A program made the position numbers and the translations under genes. A DNA stretch of 29,348 nucleotides from the IMG/VR virus record IMGVR_UViG_3300042890_002964, positions 1 through 29,348 of that record; one strand, 5' to 3'. This document shows positions 18,076-25,387 of this stretch, one piece after another (position 1 is the first letter of the stretch; the number at the start of each line of letters is the position of its first letter). This stretch comes from a virus. Lineage: Duplodnaviria > Caudoviricetes. Under the pieces are notes generated by a model. That model was not told the DNA's origin. It saw only the letters and a list, made by a program, of their open reading frames with translations, and ran no database searches.

Positions 18076-18109
18076 AAAAAAAAAGCTAGCTTATTAGGCT
18101 AGCTTTTTT
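18076..18109. terminator. Intrinsic terminator, potentially bidirectional
   Basis: A9-gctagc-ttattag-gctagc-T6. Confidence 0.85.
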
Positions 18110-18125
18110 ATTAATTTTATTGGAA

Positions 18126-18665
18126 TTATCCAAGAGAAACACCCTGCATTGCAGCAGCTAGATTCTTTTCAAAATCCTTTAGTTCAGTAACATCAGTCTT
18201 AGCATCAGATAATGCCTGATCAAAAGCCTTGAATAATCTTAAAAAATCCTCAGCGCTTTTAAGTCCAGAACCTTTAGATTTGCTTAAAAAATAATGACTT
18301 GCTTCCAAAGGTAAAGCTCCCAGATAGATAACTCCATCCTTTATGCCATCCTTTTTAATTCTTTGTAAGTGTTTATTTACCTCAACGATACCTAGAGCTT
18401 CAGTAGAATTCCATTCAGCCTCCTCGCTCATGAATTTTTCATACTTAGCAAATAACTCGTCCGAGCAAGAAACTGCATAAACCTTAGTTCTAATTTCTTC
18501 CTTCTTTGCTGCAATCTGATCCTGGATCTGATTAACCAACACCTCATCATATGAGAAAATTGGATCAATCATCTCTCCCATAGGGGATGTACCAAAATCC
18601 ACTTCGTTTGATCCTCCAGGTAAATCATATACCATAGGTTCCGCTTTCTTTTTACTTGTTGACAT
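18126..18665 (-). CDS. Hypothetical helical protein
   Basis: 179-aa ORF with its own putative promoter and terminator; no recognised family. Confidence 0.75.
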   Translation of the reverse strand: MSTSKKKAEPMVYDLPGGSNEVDFGTSPMGEMIDPIFSYDEVLVNQIQDQIAAKKEEIRTKVYAVSCSDELFAKYEKFMSEEAEWNSTEALGIVEVNKHLQRIKKDGIKDGVIYLGALPLEASHYFLSKSKGSGLKSAEDFLRLFKAFDQALSDAKTDVTELKDFEKNLAAAMQGVSLG

Positions 18666-18685
18666 ATTTCTATTTTATTTTATAT

Positions 18686-18713
18686 TTCTATTGTTTAAAT
18701 CGATAATTGTTTC
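18686..18713 (-). promoter_or_regulatory. Putative ECF-sigma promoter GAAAC-N18-TAgAA
   Basis: GAAAC at 18713-18709 and TA at 18690-18689. Confidence 0.6.
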
Positions 18714-19531
18714 TATGCGAGATCAAAAATATCCAAACTATTTCTATTTTGATCGAGGTATGCTCTGAGAGGCTCTCTAAGATCCTTAGCTGGATATATT
18801 TTAGGGTCACTATCGGGTCCTATATGACAAAGAAATCCGCTTTCCGTATCTATACCAAGCTCCTCCTCCAAAATGAGCCTATACAAGCTTATTTGTATCG
18901 AGTACTCATTATGCTGGTTCTCGTATAGATGACCAAACGGTCTAAGCAATTTCTTGTATCTTCCTTTGGGATGATCGTCATGTTTAAAATCACCATTCGT
19001 TTTCCAGTCTCCTATTATAAGAAATACCTTCTGTCTCTTTTCGTCCCAAAAAAGAAATGGTTGATCTATCGTTCCAGCAAGTCTCCATTTTCTGGAAAAA
19101 ATTCGTAACTCAGATTTAAGAGGAACAAATACTTTAAGCTTTCTATTATAAAGATCTATAAATTTATTAACTCTCTTCGAGTATTCATCATCTGGATTAT
19201 ACTCGGGAATCTCTGGATCCAATCCGCTCCAGAAATCCTCTATAAATTTATGAACTCTTGTTCCAAGGTTGTTTGCAACATCGGCCTTACCCTGCCACTC
19301 ATTAAGAACCACTGATACATCAACTCCCCTTTCCTGAGCTTTTCTTTTCGACCAATATTCTCTATCGAATGGTGTTTTAAAAGTTTTAAGAAAAGTTGTT
19401 ACAGAATCATACTTAATACCGTCGTATCTGTATACGTGGGATTCCTCATGAAAGTTAAACTTATTGTCATTGGTAAAGAACTCAAGTTTTAGCTCAATGT
19501 CTTTTTTTACCTTAGCTACCTCTTCAACCAT
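18713..19531 (-). CDS. PD-(D/E)XK exonuclease
   Basis: SVTTFL, GTRVH, LAGTID, DWKT and YSIQISLY motifs. Confidence 0.85.
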   Translation of the reverse strand: MVEEVAKVKKDIELKLEFFTNDNKFNFHEESHVYRYDGIKYDSVTTFLKTFKTPFDREYWSKRKAQERGVDVSVVLNEWQGKADVANNLGTRVHKFIEDFWSGLDPEIPEYNPDDEYSKRVNKFIDLYNRKLKVFVPLKSELRIFSRKWRLAGTIDQPFLFWDEKRQKVFLIIGDWKTNGDFKHDDHPKGRYKKLLRPFGHLYENQHNEYSIQISLYRLILEEELGIDTESGFLCHIGPDSDPKIYPAKDLREPLRAYLDQNRNSLDIFDLA

Positions 19532-19971
19532 TATTTATAAAAAAGACTTATTATCCAATCGAACTTAGCAATGACAGTAATTATAATGCTGATCTCTGCC
19601 AAAAATCTAAGTATCCATAACCATGTTATGTGTCTGAAAAGAAATTGATATACTGCCAAATATGATTCTTCGTTAGTTCCAGGAACAGGTTCTATCCACA
19701 TGGTTAGTAATTCTTCCAGATTTAATGACTTAAGGTATTCGTTGGTTGGCTTAAGCTCGCTAACAACAAAAGAAGGTCTTGATTCCTTAGGAAGGTCCGT
19801 TGATAGAAGAATTTGTGGTGGAAGATTAATAACTGTATAAATCCTATTTAGATAATCACGTCTCAGATTTCTTCTCGCCCATATAGGTGAGTTCATTTCC
19901 TCTGTCTTGATAATCTTAATATATTCTCTATAAAGGGATATCTCCTTTATTACTTTAAATAATCTAAACAT
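19531..19971 (-). CDS. Hypothetical protein with C-terminal transmembrane segment
   Basis: Hydrophobic C-terminus; 1-nt overlap with the nuclease gene. Confidence 0.7.
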   Translation of the reverse strand: MFRLFKVIKEISLYREYIKIIKTEEMNSPIWARRNLRRDYLNRIYTVINLPPQILLSTDLPKESRPSFVVSELKPTNEYLKSLNLEELLTMWIEPVPGTNEESYLAVYQFLFRHITWLWILRFLAEISIIITVIAKFDWIISLFYK

Positions 19972-19977
19972 AGAATT

Positions 19978-20610
19978 TTATTTTTTATACCCAAGATTTA
20001 TTGTAATGTTTCCATCTATCTTTTTTCTTATCTTACCTCTGGCTCTTCTTATCCTGGTTGCGATGGATCTCTTTTTGATACCATATTTTTCAGCAATGTC
20101 CTTATATTTCATGTTATTAATCTCCCTATCGATCATGATGTCACGATATAGTTCAGGTAGATCCCTAATTTCATCAAGGACAGATTCATAGACATCGTCA
20201 AGATTTGATCCCTCGTTAAAAAATGCATATGACGGGTCATCCTCCATTAAATATTCTCCTCCTATATCTCCTATTGTATTTTTGGATGAGAAATATTCAA
20301 GCTCAGTATCACTGTGGCTATAATATCTCTTCCTTGATTTCATAAGTAGCAGGGATTCATTTCTAGCTATATTATAACACCAAGTGGAGAAATTTCCCCT
20401 CTCTCCATTATATTGATCTATCTTTAGCCATATTTTGGCCATAGTGTTAAGGAATGAATCTTCCGCAAGATCCTGGTCCTTTAGGATAAGGAAGCAATGA
20501 TTAAGTACCCCCGGTCTGAGTCTTTCAAATAAAAACTTAAAGCTTTTGTCGTCTCTGCATAATATAAAATCCTCTGCTAATCTCTGGATGTTTTTTTCTT
20601 TTTGTTGCAT
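19978..20610 (-). CDS. ECF-type sigma-70 factor
   Basis: Region 2 AEDSFLNTMAKIW...FSTWCYNIARN; region 4 HTH YKDIAEKYGI...TRIRRAR. Confidence 0.9.
   Translation of the reverse strand: MQQKEKNIQRLAEDFILCRDDKSFKFLFERLRPGVLNHCFLILKDQDLAEDSFLNTMAKIWLKIDQYNGERGNFSTWCYNIARNESLLLMKSRKRYYSHSDTELEYFSSKNTIGDIGGEYLMEDDPSYAFFNEGSNLDDVYESVLDEIRDLPELYRDIMIDREINNMKYKDIAEKYGIKKRSIATRIRRARGKIRKKIDGNITINLGYKK
19985..20012 (-). promoter_or_regulatory. Putative ECF-sigma promoter GAAAC-N18-TAtAA inside the 3' end of the sigma gene
   Basis: GAAAC at 20012-20008 and TA at 19989-19988, 16 nt before the ATG at 19971. Confidence 0.55.
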
Positions 20611-20632
20611 TTTTAATTAAGGGTTTAAGGGA

Positions 20633-21217
20633 TTATTTACTTATTTTTAAAATTTCTATTCCTGCCTCGGCTAAAAAAGATATGGATTCGGGTTTTCTAT
20701 AAACCTCGGTAAATACAACTCTTTTTATTCCTGACTGTATTATAAGCTTTGAGCATTCAAAGCATGGTGAGAGTGTAACATATAGTGTTGATCCCTCGGA
20801 TCCCTGTGTACCCTTCGCTAATTTTGTTATTGCATTAGCTTCAGCGTGTAAGATATAAGGTAGAGTTACATTATCGTCACTTTCGCAAATATTAGGAAAT
20901 CCAGTGGGTGATCCATTATATCCATCCGATATAATTGATTTATTTTTTACTATTAAACATCCGACCTGCATTCTTTTGCAGTATGAGTTTTTAGCCCATA
21001 CATTAGACATCTCCAGATAGATTCTGTCTCTTTGGTCCACTGCTATATTTGAATTGTCGGCTGGGGAAGATACCTCGTATACAAACCCATTAGTATTATG
21101 ATACGGGATTTTTATTATCCTCCAAATATCGAGATTTAAAAAATCATCATCCAGGAATTCTGTGTTTTCGTAATGCTTCGTATTAATTGCTTCTGTGTAC
21201 TTTTCTGGACTGATCAT
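20633..21217 (-). CDS. dCMP deaminase (start revised to MISPEK)
   Basis: GYNG, HAEANAI and SPCFEC zinc motifs; promoter lies upstream of 21217. Confidence 0.9.
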   Translation of the reverse strand: MISPEKYTEAINTKHYENTEFLDDDFLNLDIWRIIKIPYHNTNGFVYEVSSPADNSNIAVDQRDRIYLEMSNVWAKNSYCKRMQVGCLIVKNKSIISDGYNGSPTGFPNICESDDNVTLPYILHAEANAITKLAKGTQGSEGSTLYVTLSPCFECSKLIIQSGIKRVVFTEVYRKPESISFLAEAGIEILKISK

Positions 21218-21239
21218 CTCTATCTCGCTTTGATTCCTA

Positions 21240-21271
21240 CAAAAGTAATCAAATATCTCGGAATAAAAAAA
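21240..21271 (-). promoter_or_regulatory. Bacteroidota-type host-sigma promoter (TACTTTTG) with upstream T-tract
   Basis: TAnnTTTG at 21240-21247; T-tract at 21265-21271. Confidence 0.7.
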
Positions 21272-21287
21272 TAATTGGTGGTATTTT

Positions 21288-22850
21288 TTATACCCTTCTG
21301 GAATCCGGTCTATATGGTGCATCTATCGATGATACACTCAGTGGACCTTCCAATAGCGATGCTATCCTCATAAGTATAGATTTCATCTCGGTAGCATCAT
21401 CTTTACTCATGCCTTCAGATCCACCGGAAGCAGCGGTAGAAGTAGATGTTGCTGATGCAGATGAAGTCTTAGCTTCACCTTTATTAGTCTCGGTTTGGCT
21501 AGTAACAGCGGATGGCTTATTAGCTGGTTCTGCAGTTGGTGTTGAATCTGGTGTATTCTTAGCGGACTGTTTTGGTACAGGAAGCTTAGATAATTTATTA
21601 ACAGTATTTTTTATTTCACCTGGTTTAGCCTCCTCCTTCTTTTTAAGCATTGCTTGCATTCCAATACCACCAGCGCTTTTCAGAAGATCGGCAGGATTCT
21701 TTAGAAGATCTGTTGGATTCTTTAGAAGATCCTGACCGCCTTTAATTAATGATTCCTTATCAACATTTTTAAGCAAATCCTTACCTCTATCCAATAACGA
21801 AGGTCCTTTAGATTTTTCTTCCTCCTTGGAAGCAGTCTCGTCCTTCTTCTTGCCAAATACCTTAGAAAATAAACCATCCTTCTTTTCCTTAACTTCGCTC
21901 TTAGTTTCGGGTGCTTTATTTACAGGACTTACTACTGCCTCAGCTTTATTATCTACGGGTTTGGTTAGTTTCTTTAAATCGTCTTGAGTAAATTCAGATG
22001 TTGATTTTCCCTGAAGTCCCTCCAGATATGAATTAATGTCCTCCTCCAGCCAACCTGGTTCATCTTCATAATATAGAGGATCCGCTGCAAGCAGTTCATT
22101 CCTCTTCTTAGATATTTCTTTCTCACTCGGAGCTTCAGGTCCTAGTTTTTTTAGTATATTCTGTCTTTCCTTTAATATGTTATTAGGTATAACAGCAGCA
22201 CCTTTAGTAAGGTTTACAATTTCGGGTCCTTTTTCACCGACAAGATAATTCCCAGTCTTTTCAACATTTCCTCCAGCTGCGAATCCACCAAGTAGATTTT
22301 TACCAAATCCTTTTGCAAGTCCTCCAAGAGATCCTGAAACTACGTTCTTTATTCCATCCCCCTTTACCGCACCTGCAATTCCACCGATATCAAGTCCTTT
22401 AATTCCGCTCGCTGCACCAGCTATGCCTTTCAGATCTAAACCTTTTATACTTCCAGCAAGATCCTTAAAGTCAAGTTTTTTAAGATCCTGGCCAAGAGAT
22501 TTGAAATCTAAACCTTTTATACCTTGAGTTAGCTCTTTAAAATCTAGCCCCTTTATACCTTGAGTTAATCCCTTAAAATCAAGAGATTTTAAATCCTTTG
22601 ATAAACCCTGGAAATCTAATCCACTTATGCCCTTTGTTAATTGGGAGAATTCACCCTTTAAACTTCCAAGATCAAGCCCCTTTATTCCTTCAGCAATTTT
22701 ACCAAGATCCTTGGTATTATCTGCTGCTTTAGTTTGGGTTTCAGCAAGATCTGCGGTTGTTGAAGTATTCTTTTTAATGTCACCAGAAAGCTTATCAACA
22801 TTTCTGCTGAGATCTAATAGGGATGATATAAGTTTCTGATCTATTGCCAT
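21288..22850 (-). CDS. Tape-measure-like tail protein
   Basis: 11-aa repeats, FAAGG...YLVGEKGPE motif and position after the tube and chaperone-like genes. Confidence 0.6.
   Translation of the reverse strand: MAIDQKLISSLLDLSRNVDKLSGDIKKNTSTTADLAETQTKAADNTKDLGKIAEGIKGLDLGSLKGEFSQLTKGISGLDFQGLSKDLKSLDFKGLTQGIKGLDFKELTQGIKGLDFKSLGQDLKKLDFKDLAGSIKGLDLKGIAGAASGIKGLDIGGIAGAVKGDGIKNVVSGSLGGLAKGFGKNLLGGFAAGGNVEKTGNYLVGEKGPEIVNLTKGAAVIPNNILKERQNILKKLGPEAPSEKEISKKRNELLAADPLYYEDEPGWLEEDINSYLEGLQGKSTSEFTQDDLKKLTKPVDNKAEAVVSPVNKAPETKSEVKEKKDGLFSKVFGKKKDETASKEEEKSKGPSLLDRGKDLLKNVDKESLIKGGQDLLKNPTDLLKNPADLLKSAGGIGMQAMLKKKEEAKPGEIKNTVNKLSKLPVPKQSAKNTPDSTPTAEPANKPSAVTSQTETNKGEAKTSSASATSTSTAASGGSEGMSKDDATEMKSILMRIASLLEGPLSVSSIDAPYRPDSRRV
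22380..22690 (-). repeat. In-frame degenerate 33-bp (11-aa) tandem repeat IKGLDFKxLxxG
   Basis: About nine units, e.g. IKGLDFKELTQG and IKGLDFKSLGQD; boundaries approximate. Confidence 0.85.
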
Positions 22851-22874
22851 ATACTAATGTATATATTCTATTTC

Positions 22875-23081
22875 TTATTTAGTTAGACTGAATAGTTGTT
22901 TAACACCATCCTCTGTCTGTCTTTCTGTATTCTCCTTATCTATAGCATCATTTAACATGTCTAGCCATAGCTGATATTCATAAAACGGTATTGATTCTAC
23001 CCAAACAGGATCTAATCCATGCTCTTTCCAAAGTCTAAATTTAATCTCAAAGAAGTTCTCCAAAGATATCTGAAATAACGA
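22875..23081 (-). CDS. T4 gp51-like baseplate hub/tail assembly domain (TTG start at 23063 or frameshift entry)
   Basis: SLENFFEIKFRLWKEH...ESIPFYEYQLWL resembles the gp51 pattern; no ATG ahead of the conserved part. Confidence 0.65.
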   Translation of the reverse strand, partial: SLFQISLENFFEIKFRLWKEHGLDPVWVESIPFYEYQLWLDMLNDAIDKENTERQTEDGVKQLFSLTK

Positions 23082-24108
23082 AAAGAGATCTGAACCCGCT
23101 GGGAAAGTTGATCGCAGCGGTGACCTCCCTATCACCGCATACAGGGCATTTTTGTTTAACTTCCAATTCAGTGCCAATTCTGATCTTTTCTGAAAGCTCG
23201 AAATACAAACTATATTCTTCCTTTGTCCAATAATCGGCTTCCCTCATTTTGGTAAGTATTCTATCACTTGTTAATTCTCTCCATTCATTAAATATAAAAG
23301 GAGCAATTTTTAAAAATCCATCATCAATCTCAATACTCTTTCTATTCATATCGGAAATAAATTTTGAGATTGCTTTTGTAACACCTATACTTGGGATTGA
23401 CATTTCAATTTTCTTTCCTATTCTTTTTACGTCGAATAGAAAAGTTCTGCTTTCGCTATCATAGTATTTGTTTATCCTGTCATCCAGCTCATATGAACTT
23501 AAAACTCCAGTTCTTAATTCAATACCATTATTAAATGGGCAATCCAGTGTTTCGTCGCATTTCTTTGACGTCTGAAGCATTATTGAATTCTCGCCTCTAA
23601 CAAAAGTTAAATCCCTTATTGCCATTATTATAAAAAATCTATCCTCTTGTTTTAGATCAAGATATGATACCACACCTTCATTAGGAAAATCCATTCTCAG
23701 ACATCTGTCTAAAATATAGCTTAGTTTATCCTCGATGTCCAATCTATCATCATCATCAATAGTGGAGAAATGCCTAATTTCTTTAACTTCAGCTGATCTT
23801 ATGGCTAGCTTTGTTCCCTCGGGATAATATACACCTTTGGAAGGCAATATATCAACTGGTAAATTCTTCCACCCTGTATCGAATGCAGGGGAAACTGATT
23901 GTGCCTTGCCAAAATTATTTGGTGTTGCTGGTTGGTCCGAATATACATTTTTTTCGACAACATCAGTTTTTATAGGTTCAATCAAAACTGGTTGAGCCTC
24001 AGCTGGTTTCGCCTCTGGCTTGGATTGTACATCAGTAGGGTCGTCATATTCTATGCCACCCATTATTTCTTTTCTTTTGAGAATTTCTTCCGGAGATATG
24101 TTATCCAT
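23047..24108 (-). CDS. T4 gp26-like baseplate hub/tail assembly chaperone
   Basis: LPSKGVYY, DRFFIIMAIR and C-terminal CPVC; located after the tail tubes. Confidence 0.7.
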   Translation of the reverse strand: MDNISPEEILKRKEIMGGIEYDDPTDVQSKPEAKPAEAQPVLIEPIKTDVVEKNVYSDQPATPNNFGKAQSVSPAFDTGWKNLPVDILPSKGVYYPEGTKLAIRSAEVKEIRHFSTIDDDDRLDIEDKLSYILDRCLRMDFPNEGVVSYLDLKQEDRFFIIMAIRDLTFVRGENSIMLQTSKKCDETLDCPFNNGIELRTGVLSSYELDDRINKYYDSESRTFLFDVKRIGKKIEMSIPSIGVTKAISKFISDMNRKSIEIDDGFLKIAPFIFNEWRELTSDRILTKMREADYWTKEEYSLYFELSEKIRIGTELEVKQKCPVCGDREVTAAINFPSGFRSLFVISDIFGELL

Positions 24109-24144
24109 AAATAATTTATTTTATCTATTATATAACCCAAAATG

Positions 24145-24176
24145 AAAAAAGAGGCCAAATCAGCCTCTTTTTTTTT
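24145..24176. terminator. Intrinsic terminator after the tail tube genes
   Basis: A6-gaggc-caaatca-gcctc-T9. Confidence 0.85.
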
Positions 24177-24197
24177 AAAATATATTTTTTAATTGAA

Positions 24198-24773
24198 TTA
24201 TATGAATAGATCTTCCCAGTAATCACAAACCCAACTGGCATTTATGCTGTATATAGCCGGAGTTTCATAATCAAGTTCCATTGAATTTATAGGCTCACTC
24301 AAGAAGCAAGAAGGTATTCTTATTCTTCTGAAGACATCACCTCTTTTATTAAATATTGATATGGACATAGATCCAACATAATCTGATTTTAGACCCATCG
24401 CTCCGGTAAGTGGATTATAGATTAAATCCGACCACTGTCTAAGAATTTTATAAACAGACATAGAATTAGCGTCATTTAAGTTAACCTCAAATTCCATAGA
24501 AAGTGTCATATCACTCTGAGAAGGTTCACCACCAGCATATCTTCTGGTAGCAAATTTATATTGCTGATTAACTGTCTGAGCAGGAGCAATATCTACTGCC
24601 AATCCAGTTATAGCTTTAACTTGTTGTGCTAGTATACTCTCACCTTTAAAAGTGGTAGCTGAATCAACAATTCCAGATGGTGGATTTATAAGCACCTCAA
24701 ACTGGTTCAAATAAACCGGTTCGTAATTGTTTATCGCTGCTTTAGAGTTTGTAAAATGTGGTAATCCTGCCAT
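24198..24773 (-). CDS. Tail tube protein (gp19-like), copy 2
   Basis: EPVYLNQFEV, LRQWSDLIYNPLTG and DYWED; follows the sheath gene. Confidence 0.85.
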   Translation of the reverse strand: MAGLPHFTNSKAAINNYEPVYLNQFEVLINPPSGIVDSATTFKGESILAQQVKAITGLAVDIAPAQTVNQQYKFATRRYAGGEPSQSDMTLSMEFEVNLNDANSMSVYKILRQWSDLIYNPLTGAMGLKSDYVGSMSISIFNKRGDVFRRIRIPSCFLSEPINSMELDYETPAIYSINASWVCDYWEDLFI

Positions 24774-24787
24774 TTTTGTTCTTTATT

Positions 24788-25342
24788 TTATAAGAATAGA
24801 TCTTCCCAGTAATCAACCGCCCAAGACATGTCATCAATTTTATATAGATCCGTTGACATGTAGCTTAAATTCATAGCAGTTATAGGTTTAGTAGGAAAAC
24901 AATCTCTACAAGTTATTCTTCTGTATACATCACCTTGCTTGTTAAAGATTGATATTACGATAGTACCTGTATAATCGTTTTTAAGACCCATAGCACCAGT
25001 TAAGGGGTTATAGATTAAATCTGACCATTGTCTTAATGTTTTATGCACATACATTGAATTAGCGTCATTAAGATTGACGGTAAAACTTAAACTCACGTCC
25101 ATATATGTGTTTTCTGGTTTAGCACCAGCATAGTTTCTTTTAGCAAATTTATACTTTTGTGCTATAACACTAGGGTTTTTATCCAAAGAAAGGCCGGAAA
25201 CTTTATTAACGTGCTGTAGTAATATCTCACCGCCAGCAACAGCAGCAGGAGGTATAATAGTAACCTCAAACTGGTTTAAATAAACCGGTTCAAACTTGTT
25301 TATTCCTGATAGTGAATTTTGAAAATGTGATAATCCTGCCAT
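24788..25342 (-). CDS. Tail tube protein (gp19-like), copy 1
   Basis: Same motifs; immediately downstream of the sheath; GATAAATA at 25352-25359. Confidence 0.85.
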   Translation of the reverse strand: MAGLSHFQNSLSGINKFEPVYLNQFEVTIIPPAAVAGGEILLQHVNKVSGLSLDKNPSVIAQKYKFAKRNYAGAKPENTYMDVSLSFTVNLNDANSMYVHKTLRQWSDLIYNPLTGAMGLKNDYTGTIVISIFNKQGDVYRRITCRDCFPTKPITAMNLSYMSTDLYKIDDMSWAVDYWEDLFL

Positions 25343-25387
25343 ATCTAATTATATTTATCTTTTGCTTCTAAATATTCGAAAATTTGA

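Noticed and set aside
18030-18077. Longer start for the membrane coiled-coil gene
   Set aside because: Runs through the late motif and into the terminator tail
18713-19531. Cas4 or CRISPR association of the nuclease
   Set aside because: Lacks the four Fe-S cysteines; no repeat-spacer array or cas gene seen
21218-21322. Longer start for dCMP deaminase
   Set aside because: Overlaps the upstream gene and spans the TAnnTTTG promoter; the ATG at 21217 fits better
23091-23177. Track start of the 100-aa ORF
   Set aside because: Deep overlap with the gp26-like gene, and this part shows no gp51-like similarity
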